A stretch of DNA of 64,000 bases, taken from contig NZ_JAUSBA010000042.1 of assembly GCF_030652235.1 (NCBI RefSeq), positions 1,205 to 65,204 on the forward strand, written 5' to 3'. The notes under the pieces were generated by a model that saw only the letters and a program-made list of their open reading frames with translations, did not search any database and was not told the DNA's origin. This document shows, in pieces, positions 10,044 through 19,118 of this stretch (position 1 is its first letter; every line of letters begins with the position of its first letter). Origin of the DNA: Cypionkella sp. (lineage in GTDB: Bacteria > Pseudomonadota > Alphaproteobacteria > Rhodobacterales > Rhodobacteraceae). Position numbers and translations under genes: made by a program.

Positions 10044-11067
10044 TGTCCGTTTCCTCCGTTTTGGACTTTTGTGCAGTCTTGGTTGCCGCCTGTTTCCAGC
10101 GCAGCGAGTAAACACCGATCCCAAACACCAAGGCCAAAGCCTGAATGATGGTCTGGGCCGAAAAGGGCACACCGACAGCCAGCGCAAACTGACTTAACTG
10201 GTTCAGAAAGAACGCCGCGATGACGGTCGAGACTGGAAATCCGCGCCCCCCCAGCAAGGACGTTCCTGCCAGCACAACCACCGCAACCGATGGCAACAAC
10301 AGGCTGTCGCCCTGAAACGCGGTGGGTTCGCGGGTGATCCCGGAAATCAGGATCCCGGCCATGCAGTAGTGCAATTGGGCAAAGACATAAGCCATCGCCT
10401 GATAGAGCCGTACCCGCAGCCCAGCCGCGTGGGCAGCGGCAGGGTTTGCCCCAATCGCCTCAAACCGGCGGCCAACCACGGTTTTCTTCAGCACAAAGCT
10501 GACCAGCACCAGGATGGCTATCACAAACAGGATCGAGTTCGGGATGCCCATGATCTTGCCGCCTGCGATCTGCGCCATCATGGGTGTGGTGATGCGAGGC
10601 ACCCCGCCCGACACTGCAAAAACCGCGCCATACATCAGGGCGTTCATCCCGATGGTGGCGACAATCGCGTTCAGCCGCAGCACGCCGACAAGAATGCCAT
10701 TCGCCACCCCCGCCAAAATTGCGCAGGCAAAGGCAAGCGCGATGGCTCCGAGCAGGTGTGCGTCACTGCCGCCCGACATATGCGTGGTGATCACCACCGC
10801 CAGCGACACGCCCCCTGCCAGTGACAGATCGAACCCGCCCTGCTGCACCACCAGCATCTGGCCCAAGCCCACTATCGCAATGATCGCCGCAAATGGTAGG
10901 CTACCCGCCAGCCCCCCTGCCGAAATCGCTGACGGCGCAAAGAAGGCGCAGACCACGATCAGCGCAATTGTCGAAACCACCACCGTAACAAAGCCCCGTG
11001 CGGGTTTTAGTGACACCAGATTAAGCGCAAACCCGGTTGGGTCTGCTGATTGGTCGTACTGCGCCAT
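10036..11067 (-). CDS. Sugar-type ABC permease (RbsC-like)
   Basis: Multiple TM segments, GGFDLS, GRRFEAIGANPAAA, VVLAGTSLLGGRG. Confidence 0.88.
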   Translation of the reverse strand: MAQYDQSADPTGFALNLVSLKPARGFVTVVVSTIALIVVCAFFAPSAISAGGLAGSLPFAAIIAIVGLGQMLVVQQGGFDLSLAGGVSLAVVITTHMSGGSDAHLLGAIALAFACAILAGVANGILVGVLRLNAIVATIGMNALMYGAVFAVSGGVPRITTPMMAQIAGGKIMGIPNSILFVIAILVLVSFVLKKTVVGRRFEAIGANPAAAHAAGLRVRLYQAMAYVFAQLHYCMAGILISGITREPTAFQGDSLLLPSVAVVVLAGTSLLGGRGFPVSTVIAAFFLNQLSQFALAVGVPFSAQTIIQALALVFGIGVYSLRWKQAATKTAQKSKTEETDNV

Positions 11068-11095
11068 GGCCCCTCCCTTTCTGCGCCCGATTATC

Positions 11096-12076
11096 TCAGG
11101 CAATTTCCAATGTTATTTTCACCGCACGGGCCGGGTCTTTGCCCAGCGCGTAAGCTGTGATCGCATCATCCAAGCCAAAGCTATGGGTCTGGATCGGCGA
11201 CAGATCGATCGCCGTGCGTTCCAGAAACCGGATCGCGGCAGGCCACACACCGGGGGATCCGATACAGCCGCGTACTGTCAGATCCTTGATCTGGATCTTG
11301 CCCAACTCGACCGGAAATTTCTGGCCGATGTTGATGCCAACCATTGACACAAAACCCTCAGGCCGGGCGTAGTCGAAGACATTGGCCAGCGACGCAGCGT
11401 GCCCTGCCGCCTCGACCACCAGATCAGCACCGCCCTTGGTGATGTCAGTCACGGCCTCAACAGCGTGGCCTTCAGATGGGTCAACAGTGCCATAAGCGCC
11501 TAACTTCATTGCTATTTCACGGCGCAGCGGCACTGGATCAACGACGATCACCTTCGCTCCCATGCCAATCGCCGCTGCTGCCGATACCAGCCCAATGGTG
11601 CCGCCGCCCGAGACCACCACGGTCTGCGACGCATCCACGCCGCCATGGCGCAGCACCGCATAATAGCCGCAAGTGAAGGGTTCGATCAGCGCGCCCTTGG
11701 CGTCATCCACCCCGTCGGGCAGTTTGTGCAACCATTCCGGGCGGGCGGCAAAAAACTCACGGTTTGCACCGTCCATCGAAAAGCCAAAATGGTGGATACG
11801 CTCTGGCGTGCGGATCACACATTCGCCCACCACACGGTCACCACGCGCCAGACCCTTGACGTTGCGCCCAACCTCGACCACCTCGCCCACCCATTCATGA
11901 CCGGGCGTCACCGGATAAGAGATTGGGATGATGTAATTGCCCGACATAAGTTCATAATCCGAATGGCAAATGCCCACGCGGCGCGAGCGGATCATCACCT
12001 CGTTGTCAGTGATCGTCGGTATCGACACGTTGGTGACGACAGGCTTGTTCGGCTGATCGAAGATAAGGGCTTTCAT
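11096..12076 (-). CDS. Zn-dependent MDR dehydrogenase (sorbitol/threonine DH-like)
   Basis: GICHSD, GHE, GGGTIG; start MKALIF at 12076. Confidence 0.85.
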   Translation of the reverse strand: MKALIFDQPNKPVVTNVSIPTITDNEVMIRSRRVGICHSDYELMSGNYIIPISYPVTPGHEWVGEVVEVGRNVKGLARGDRVVGECVIRTPERIHHFGFSMDGANREFFAARPEWLHKLPDGVDDAKGALIEPFTCGYYAVLRHGGVDASQTVVVSGGGTIGLVSAAAAIGMGAKVIVVDPVPLRREIAMKLGAYGTVDPSEGHAVEAVTDITKGGADLVVEAAGHAASLANVFDYARPEGFVSMVGINIGQKFPVELGKIQIKDLTVRGCIGSPGVWPAAIRFLERTAIDLSPIQTHSFGLDDAITAYALGKDPARAVKITLEIA

Positions 12077-12101
12077 CTTGGTCCTCGTAAGAGTGTCTGG
12101 T

Positions 12102-13106
12102 TCAGGCCACGGTTTCGATGCGGCCACTGCGGGCCGAGGCGAATACCGCTTCCAGCAACGCAATATTGTTGATCAGATGGTCGGCAGTGATGGGATAACC
12201 GGCCCCGCGCACAGCACGCGCAAAGGCCACAAGGTTGTCTTTCACCGGTTCAGCATTGCCGATTTCGGTGGTGATGATCGGGCCGCCCGCCATCGCAGAT
12301 GTGACGATCCAGCCATCGGGGGCCTCGACATGCGCCTTATCCCGAATATCGATCCAGCCTTTGGACCCGAACACCGCAAAGCGCGAGATGAACGGGTTGG
12401 CCAGCGATGCCGACACATAAGACGTGCCACCGCCCTTGAACTTTATGAACGCAGCCACCGTATCGCCCTGAGGCAGATCGGACGACAACTGCTCGCAAAT
12501 GCACAGCACCGACTCTGCCGCCCCCAAAAGCCGCACTGACAGGTCCAACAAATGGATGCCCGTGGCCGTCATGCCCCCTGCCGGGGCCTGATCGGCCTTC
12601 AGCCGCCAGTTGTCACGCGCCAGTGACAGGAATTTATCATGGCTGAAGTTCGCCTCAATCTGGTGGATCCGGCCCAGCGACCCGGCATCCGCCATCGCCA
12701 GCATGTCTGCCACCGGAGGTTCAAACCGCCGCTCATGGCCCATGCCCAGCACCAGCCCCGCCGCGCGACACAGTGCGACCGACCGCTCCGCCTCGGCCTT
12801 GGTCAACGCCAGTGGTTTTTCACAGAAGATGTGCTTGCCCGCCGCCACCGCCGCCGCGATCTGGTCGGTATGCAGCGAATGGGGCGTGGCCAGCACCACC
12901 GCCTCGACGCTTGGATCGTTCAGCGCATCAGCGTAGTCTGCCGACAGGGCAATGCCTTTGCCCGCGCACAGCTCGCGCACGCTTTCAACATTGGGCTCAA
13001 CAGCGCGGACCACCTGAATGTCATCTGGTGCCGATTGCAGGACGGCCAGCATTTTCTGGCCCCACCAGCCCATGCCGACCAGCGCGATTTTGACAGGATG
13101 GGCCAT
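12102..13106 (-). CDS. Gfo/Idh/MocA family oxidoreductase
   Basis: GMGWWG, CEKP, GIHLLD motifs. Confidence 0.88.
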   Translation of the reverse strand: MAHPVKIALVGMGWWGQKMLAVLQSAPDDIQVVRAVEPNVESVRELCAGKGIALSADYADALNDPSVEAVVLATPHSLHTDQIAAAVAAGKHIFCEKPLALTKAEAERSVALCRAAGLVLGMGHERRFEPPVADMLAMADAGSLGRIHQIEANFSHDKFLSLARDNWRLKADQAPAGGMTATGIHLLDLSVRLLGAAESVLCICEQLSSDLPQGDTVAAFIKFKGGGTSYVSASLANPFISRFAVFGSKGWIDIRDKAHVEAPDGWIVTSAMAGGPIITTEIGNAEPVKDNLVAFARAVRGAGYPITADHLINNIALLEAVFASARSGRIETVA

Positions 13107-13390
13107 CAGCGGTTATCCACGCGCTTGGCAAACGGACGGATGGAAACGGTTTTCCACAGGCCCGCCTTGGCGAAGGGATCATTGCTGTTGAACGCCACAA
13201 CCTCGCCTAGGTTTGCGGCCTCCAGCACGAAACAACTGCCGATCATCGTCGCCTCATCATCGGCCAAAAGGGGGCCAGAGATCACGGTTTTCACCGCAGC
13301 GGCAGCCAGATAGGCCTTGTGCGCGTCATAATGAGACAGCCGCAAATCGATGGCACCGTCATGGTCAAGGCAATGGACGACGTAATGCAT
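13106..13390 (-). CDS. YciI family protein (TftG-like dimeric alpha-beta barrel)
   Basis: R..H...H..YL, SGPLL, GSCFV, DPF motifs; 94 aa from ATG 13390 with GGAGG RBS. Confidence 0.8.
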   Translation of the reverse strand: MHYVVHCLDHDGAIDLRLSHYDAHKAYLAAAAVKTVISGPLLADDEATMIGSCFVLEAANLGEVVAFNSNDPFAKAGLWKTVSIRPFAKRVDNR

Positions 13391-13400
13391 TTTTGCCTCC

Positions 13401-14471
13401 TTACGCGGGGATGATGCGACGGGCGCGCAGCTCGTCGAACACATCGGTGAAGCTGTTGCGGCTGGATTGATAGGCGTCAAAGCCAAGGCTCCGACTGTTG
13501 GTCATGTCGGTGAAACATTCCAACGTGCGGCCCAGATCGGCGTCGCTATGCCACCATGAGGCCAGCTTGCTCACCGCAATATCCTGCAAGCCATGCTGCG
13601 CCACGATCTGCGACCAGATTGTTTGCGCATCGGCCATCTGGCCTTCCAGCGGGGTCGGATTGCCCGGATAGGGGGCAGCCTCGATCTCAAAATAATCGGC
13701 GATCTGCTGCCAAAGCCAATACCAACGGAACACATCCCCATTTGCGGTGTTAAAGGGGGTATTCGCCGCCTCGGGCGTTGTCGCGGCCCAGTGCAACTGC
13801 TTTGCCAACAGGCGCGCGTCGGTCACGTCGGCCACAGCGTTCAACTGCTCTGGCGAGCCGGGATAGACGAAAGGCCGTCCGGTGTGTTTGCAGATGCTGG
13901 CATAAACAGCCAGCGTTACCGCCATGTTCATCGCATTGCCGATGACAAAACCGATCATCGTATGCGGGCGATGCACAGACCAAGTAAAGCCGCGCTTTTC
14001 CGCCATCTCAAACAGCACGTCTTCTTGGGCGTAATAAAAATTCAGGCCAGGCAAACGCGGGCTGCTTTCCAGAAACGGCGTATAGGGTTTGACCTTTGCA
14101 TAGTCGTCGAACGATCCAAGATAATGCTTCAGCCCGGTCACAAGTGCCGCGTGGCGGATGGGGGCGGCGGACAGACCGTCAAAAAGATTGCGGATCATCA
14201 GGGCATTGACGCGCACGTTTTCAGCCTCATTGGCCTGACGCGACCATGTGCAAAAGAACACATGGGTCACATCGCCCGCGGCCTTTAGCGCAATCGCCGA
14301 CGCCGCTGCATCTTGCAAATCCGCCGAGATATGGCGATCTGAAAACTCCAGATCAGCGGCACTGCGCGACAGGGTGACCACGGTCCAGCCCTGTTCTTTC
14401 AACAACTGGCCCGTATAGCTGCCAGATAGTCCCGTGGCACCCACGATTAGGGCGACGTTGTTCTTGCTCAT
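13401..14471 (-). CDS. PRISE (progesterone 5-beta-reductase/iridoid synthase-like) SDR
   Basis: GATGLSG, THVFFCTW, TGLKHYLG, PF.E..PR, NFYYAQED, WSVHRP, WWHSDADL are characteristic of VEP1/PRISE-type SDRs. Confidence 0.8.
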   Translation of the reverse strand: MSKNNVALIVGATGLSGSYTGQLLKEQGWTVVTLSRSAADLEFSDRHISADLQDAAASAIALKAAGDVTHVFFCTWSRQANEAENVRVNALMIRNLFDGLSAAPIRHAALVTGLKHYLGSFDDYAKVKPYTPFLESSPRLPGLNFYYAQEDVLFEMAEKRGFTWSVHRPHTMIGFVIGNAMNMAVTLAVYASICKHTGRPFVYPGSPEQLNAVADVTDARLLAKQLHWAATTPEAANTPFNTANGDVFRWYWLWQQIADYFEIEAAPYPGNPTPLEGQMADAQTIWSQIVAQHGLQDIAVSKLASWWHSDADLGRTLECFTDMTNSRSLGFDAYQSSRNSFTDVFDELRARRIIPA

Positions 14472-14500
14472 CTTGTTGTCTTTCTTGCTTTGGTGCTTGG

Positions 14501-15568
14501 TCAAGTCGTGACCAGTATTTTCAGATGTTCGCCCGCTGGGTCCAGCAGAGCCTCAAATCCCTTGGCCACCACATCGGCGGCGTCGATGCGGGCGGTGATG
14601 ACTTTTTCCACTGGGAATGTGCCTGCGGCGATCATGCGGGCGATGCGCGGCCACATGTGGGTGGGGTAGCACCATGTCGCCTCGACCGTGATGTCCTTCA
14701 GCGCCCAAAGCATGGCATCAATGCTGGCGGGTTTCATGTGCAGGCCGACCTGCACCACACGGCCTTGCCGCCGCACGGCCTGCACACAGGCGTTCAAAGA
14801 TGCTTCCAGCCCCACACATTCCAGCGCCACATCTACGCCGACGCCTTCCTCGGTCAGGTCGCCGACCACTTGCGCCAGATTGGCGCTGCGCGGATCAACC
14901 ACCACCGCATAGGGCGCGATTTCCGATATGATGCGGCGGCGGTTAGGGTTGGGTTCCGACACGATGATGATAGCCGCTCCCGCCGCCTTGGCCGCAAGCA
15001 CCGTCAGCGCCCCGATCGGACCCGCGCCGGAAACCAGAACCGTCGATCCGGCGGTGATCCCACCCCGGTCAACGCCGTACAGGGCGACCGCTGCAGGCTC
15101 GATCATAGCGGCCTGATCATCGGTGATGCTGTCGGGCACGGGTTGCGCGTTATAATCCTTGATCACGGCCTTTTCCGCCATGCCACCCCATGCCCAGCTT
15201 AGGCCGACACAGCCCATCGACGGTGACAGATGATACAGGCCCCGCTTGCCGTAATAGTCATTGCGCGGCGACAACAGCGGTTGGATCGAAATGCGATCTC
15301 CGGCGGACACATGGGACACCGCATCCCCCACTGCCAAAACGCGGGCGGAAAATTCGTGGCCAAGGATCTGTGGATTGGTGGCTCCGGTGTAGATATGCGG
15401 TTCTTTCGGCGTGACGATGGGGCCTGCAAGGTATTCATGCAGATCAGTGCCGCAAATGCCGGTAACTGCAGGCGCAATCAAGACATCATCGGGCGCAAGC
15501 GTGCCTGATGGCTCTGCCACGTCTTCGACACGGATATCTCTTGCTCCGTGAAACCGAACTGCTCTCAT
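14501..15568 (-). CDS. 2,3-butanediol dehydrogenase-like Zn-MDR; first gene of the operon
   Basis: GICGTDLHEY..GP, GHEFS, GAGPIG, KILV motifs. Confidence 0.85.
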   Translation of the reverse strand: MRAVRFHGARDIRVEDVAEPSGTLAPDDVLIAPAVTGICGTDLHEYLAGPIVTPKEPHIYTGATNPQILGHEFSARVLAVGDAVSHVSAGDRISIQPLLSPRNDYYGKRGLYHLSPSMGCVGLSWAWGGMAEKAVIKDYNAQPVPDSITDDQAAMIEPAAVALYGVDRGGITAGSTVLVSGAGPIGALTVLAAKAAGAAIIIVSEPNPNRRRIISEIAPYAVVVDPRSANLAQVVGDLTEEGVGVDVALECVGLEASLNACVQAVRRQGRVVQVGLHMKPASIDAMLWALKDITVEATWCYPTHMWPRIARMIAAGTFPVEKVITARIDAADVVAKGFEALLDPAGEHLKILVTT

Positions 15569-15782
15569 TCGCGTGCTCCCTGCGTCTGTCGCGCGCCGCT
15601 TTGCATGCGGCAGGCGCTCCCCGTCGTCCCGTCATGGTCTGTCGTCAACAACCCGCCAGTTTCTCGGTTGGCGGCGAAGGTACAGCAGCACCCTCGCCAG
15701 TCGCGTATTCTTGGCGGGTCGAAATGACGCAAATTCACTCCCTGCCAAATCGATAACAAATCCTGCTCGGACCGAATGCGCA

Positions 15783-15827
15783 AATTTATCCGTTTCGAAT
15801 AAATTATCGCAAACACCGTCATTGCGA
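15783..15827. promoter_or_regulatory. Two adjacent inverted repeats in the divergent promoter (candidate operators)
   Basis: AATTTAT-N9-ATAAATT (15783-15805) and TCGCAA-N9-TTGCGA (15807-15827) in an AT-rich intergenic region. Confidence 0.4.
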
Positions 15828-15865
15828 AGTTTTACACACAAGATGAAGTTAGCTCGGGGCGCAGC

Positions 15866-16777
15866 ATGAACAAAGACGTTGCAGAGATATCGCGCTTGGG
15901 TGTCGCGGGCATGGGTATTGGTTGGATCGGTGCGGGTAAAATGGGTGCGCCCATGATCCGCAATCTGCTGGCCGCTGGCGCAAGGTTGTCCGTGAGCGAG
16001 CCTGATGACGATGCCCGTGATGATCTGGTGCGCGCCGGGGCAACGGCTGCGGAAAACCTGTCAGCGCACAGCAGCAACAGCATCGTCTTTGCCACCTTGC
16101 CAAACGACAAGGTGCTGCGTGACGTTGTGTTGGGCGCCGCAGGGCTTGCGCAGCATATGGCTGCCGGATCGGTTCTTGTCGAGATGAGCACGGTTTCGCC
16201 AGAATGTTCTGCTGAAGTTGCATACGCATTGAAAGATAAACGGATTTTCTACCTGCGCGCGCCACTTTCTGGAAGCACGGCCATGGCAGAAACGGCCACC
16301 CTGACGGTTTTGGCCTCTGGCGATCAACAAGGCTGGGATACAGCAATTCCTGCGATCAGGCTGTTGTCATCGCGTCAGTTCTACCTGGGGCAAGCCGAAG
16401 AAGCCCGATACATGAAGCTGGTGATCAATACGTTGGTCGGTGCCACCTCTGCGATTCTGGCCGAGGCCATTGCCCTTGGGGCCAGTGGCGGCCTCAGCCC
16501 GGCCAGCATGATGGAGGTGATTTGCGAAAGCGCCGTCGCCTCGCCCCTGTTGAAATACAAGGCCGCCGCCGTTGTCGCTCAAGACTATGCCCCCGCCTTT
16601 AGTGTGCAACAGATGATCAAGGATTTCAGCCTGATCAGCGATGCAGGCCGTGCCAACGGCGTGCCGCTGCTCACCACGGGGCTTATCCTTGAATTGTACC
16701 GTGCGGCGGCCAATTCAGGCTTGCGGGATCAGGATTTCTTCGCTTTGGTGAAATGGCAGTCCGAAATCTCCGCTTAG
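15866..16777 (+). CDS. Beta-hydroxyacid dehydrogenase (3-hydroxyisobutyrate/6-phosphogluconate DH family)
   Basis: GAGKMG, EMSTVSP, APLSGS, catalytic MKLVIN, KDFSL. Confidence 0.85.
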   Translation: MNKDVAEISRLGVAGMGIGWIGAGKMGAPMIRNLLAAGARLSVSEPDDDARDDLVRAGATAAENLSAHSSNSIVFATLPNDKVLRDVVLGAAGLAQHMAAGSVLVEMSTVSPECSAEVAYALKDKRIFYLRAPLSGSTAMAETATLTVLASGDQQGWDTAIPAIRLLSSRQFYLGQAEEARYMKLVINTLVGATSAILAEAIALGASGGLSPASMMEVICESAVASPLLKYKAAAVVAQDYAPAFSVQQMIKDFSLISDAGRANGVPLLTTGLILELYRAAANSGLRDQDFFALVKWQSEISA

Positions 16778-16790
16778 CTGGATCACACTC

Positions 16791-18521
16791 TTGCAGCAGG
16801 TCAACACATCCATTGCCCCCACGTCAGAACTGACCAGCCACGAGCTGTCTCGGATCGTTGATTTTCTGCGCAAACTGCGCGCGCCGTTTGATACGCATAT
16901 GCCGGGTGCGACAAAGGACGTGTTCTGGAATGTGGTCCTGGAACTGGTCGATGCCCACTTGCGCAGGCGACCGATAGACAAATCCGGCTTGGTGACGCTG
17001 GCTGGTGTGCCTTACAGCACCGGAAACCGTCTGATCACAACCATGATCGCAGATAACCTGATCCGTCAGGTGCCCCGCGGTGGCGGGCTGAAAACCCATT
17101 TTCTGGAACCAACGGATGTGTTGCAGCACAGCTTTGTGAACTATGCCACCCATGTGAAAGGCCATCTGGCCAAAACATTCGGGCTGCGCCAAGGGTCGGA
17201 GGCCAACGAATACTACTTTGGCGGCAGCTACTTTGCGGCGCAAATCATCTCTCCTGTGCGGGGCGATGACATTTCCTCAAAGGTGTTGGGCGATATTCGG
17301 TTCCTTCTGAACGACGACAACTATTTCTCGGCAATGCGGAATATGTGGTCTGACTTCCGCAATGATCTGGGCCGCAAAAGCAGCTTTCAATTGCTGCGCC
17401 TGCCCGACCTTTATACCAGTGCCCACAAGGCCTTTGCCGCAGCCGCACCCGACCATGATGTTGTCGCCCTGAACATGCCTTGGCTGGGCGAATTCGTAGA
17501 AAAAGGCTGCCTTGCCCCGCTGGATGGTCTGTTGACCGATGCCGCCATCAACCCGCTTGATTTCCATCCATCCGTCTGGGGCACGGGCAATTGGAAAGGC
17601 ACCCAATACGGTATCCCGCTGTATTGCACAGTTGAGATTCTGGCGGCACGCAGTGATCTGTTCGAAGAAAAGCGGCTGTCCTACCCAACGACGTTTGATG
17701 AAACAATTCGCGCGGCACGAGCGCTGCACAATCCCGCGAAAGAGTTTTATGGAATCGCCTGGAATGGCCAAAGGGGCATGCCGATTGCCAATTCCTTCAT
17801 GTTCTTTCTTGCAGCCTGCCAAAAAACGATCATCGAAATGCCGATGCACAACCACGAAAGTTTGCATGCACGTCGGTTTGAAAAGCTGAAACTGCAGATC
17901 GATACGACTGACTCGATAGACGCCATCGACTACATGCGGCAACTGGCCGAGGTTTCGCCGCCTGATATTGCCGAGGTCGATTGGGAACGTGGGCTGTCGT
18001 ACTTTATGTATGGACAGGTTGGGCTGGCCTATTGCTGGACGATGCGTGCTGCACGTTTTGAACATGAACTCAGCTCAAAAGTCGCGCGCCGGGTGGCCTA
18101 TCTGCCGCCCCCATCGCGCCGGTTGCGAAAGATAGCCGCCCCGATCGGCGGCTTTCTGATGACCATTCCAGCCAACGTCCAGCCTGCCCGCCAACGCCAG
18201 ATCATGAACGCCATAGCCTGGATGGTCTCGCCCGAAGCGATGAAAGCCCATGTTAAGAATGGCTTTCCCGTCGCTCCCCGCTTTTCCGTTTGTGCCGACC
18301 CCGAGGCTCTTGCCTCGTCGCCCATCGTCAGCATGGTGGATCAAATGGCGCGCAGGAATGAACTGGTCACATGGGCTCGCCCACCAATTCCAGAGTTCAA
18401 CCTGATCGAGACCATTCTAGGCACAGAAATACATGACGCTGTTTTTGGCAAAAAACCCCCGCGCCAAGCGCTAAGGGATGCCGAAAATCGCATACATCGC
18501 GAATTGCTTCATCGCGGCTGA
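16791..18521 (+). CDS. Winged-helix/solute-binding-protein fusion, probable cytoplasmic one-component regulator
   Basis: TTG start; ~130-aa N-terminal wHTH-like segment (GLVTLAGVPYSTGNRLITTMIADNLI) with no signal peptide, followed by a family-1 SBP domain (PWLGEF, YGIP, F..G.VG, GGF). Confidence 0.75.
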   Translation: MQQVNTSIAPTSELTSHELSRIVDFLRKLRAPFDTHMPGATKDVFWNVVLELVDAHLRRRPIDKSGLVTLAGVPYSTGNRLITTMIADNLIRQVPRGGGLKTHFLEPTDVLQHSFVNYATHVKGHLAKTFGLRQGSEANEYYFGGSYFAAQIISPVRGDDISSKVLGDIRFLLNDDNYFSAMRNMWSDFRNDLGRKSSFQLLRLPDLYTSAHKAFAAAAPDHDVVALNMPWLGEFVEKGCLAPLDGLLTDAAINPLDFHPSVWGTGNWKGTQYGIPLYCTVEILAARSDLFEEKRLSYPTTFDETIRAARALHNPAKEFYGIAWNGQRGMPIANSFMFFLAACQKTIIEMPMHNHESLHARRFEKLKLQIDTTDSIDAIDYMRQLAEVSPPDIAEVDWERGLSYFMYGQVGLAYCWTMRAARFEHELSSKVARRVAYLPPPSRRLRKIAAPIGGFLMTIPANVQPARQRQIMNAIAWMVSPEAMKAHVKNGFPVAPRFSVCADPEALASSPIVSMVDQMARRNELVTWARPPIPEFNLIETILGTEIHDAVFGKKPPRQALRDAENRIHRELLHRG

Positions 18522-18527
18522 CGACGA

Positions 18528-19000
18528 TCATCCGTCTGGGTGCATCACGCCCAGATCGCCAGAGTGAAACCAGCCGTCAGAAAAGGCCTTAACGATGGCT
18601 TTAGGGTTACGGAAATAGCCCTTCATCACGACAATGCCGCGAAACATCGCCGCGCCCATGGTTTGGTCTTCACGCGGCACGGCTTGCAAGGTTTCGGGGT
18701 CCAGCACATCCACGCGCTCCAAGGGCAGACAGCACACGCCTTGGCGGGACCTCGGTGCGGCTTGCCGGGCTGCGGGCAAAAAGGACCGATTTTCGTGCCA
18801 GTCGTTCACGATGGGTGCGCCACACAAATGGGTCACGCCACCCAGCGCCGGCACCGTCCAGATCGGTTCGACCCGACCCTGACGCAGACAGATATAGGCG
18901 CCGACGATGGCCAACATCGTCCGAGGGAAACATCAGCCGTTGCAGGGAAACATCGGCCGCGTCCACAGATAGACTTCGTGTTTGCGCATGGACGGGCGAT
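18528..19000 (-). pseudogene. Degraded acyl-CoA synthetase (AMP-binding) fragment
   Basis: EVYLWTRPMFPCNG*CFP (stop where the family motif has W), VMKGYFRNP, GWFHSGDLGVMHPDG then stop; N- and C-terminal parts missing; 5' boundary approximate. Confidence 0.8.
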
Positions 19001-19118
19001 CTTGATGCTGCCGAGCACGATACCGCCGTTGCGAAAGGAAGCGTGGCAAGGGCCAACCTGGGGCGTGCGAACCGCAGCCGTCGTTGACATTCGGAAAAAC
19101 AACTCCCTTTTGCCTGAC

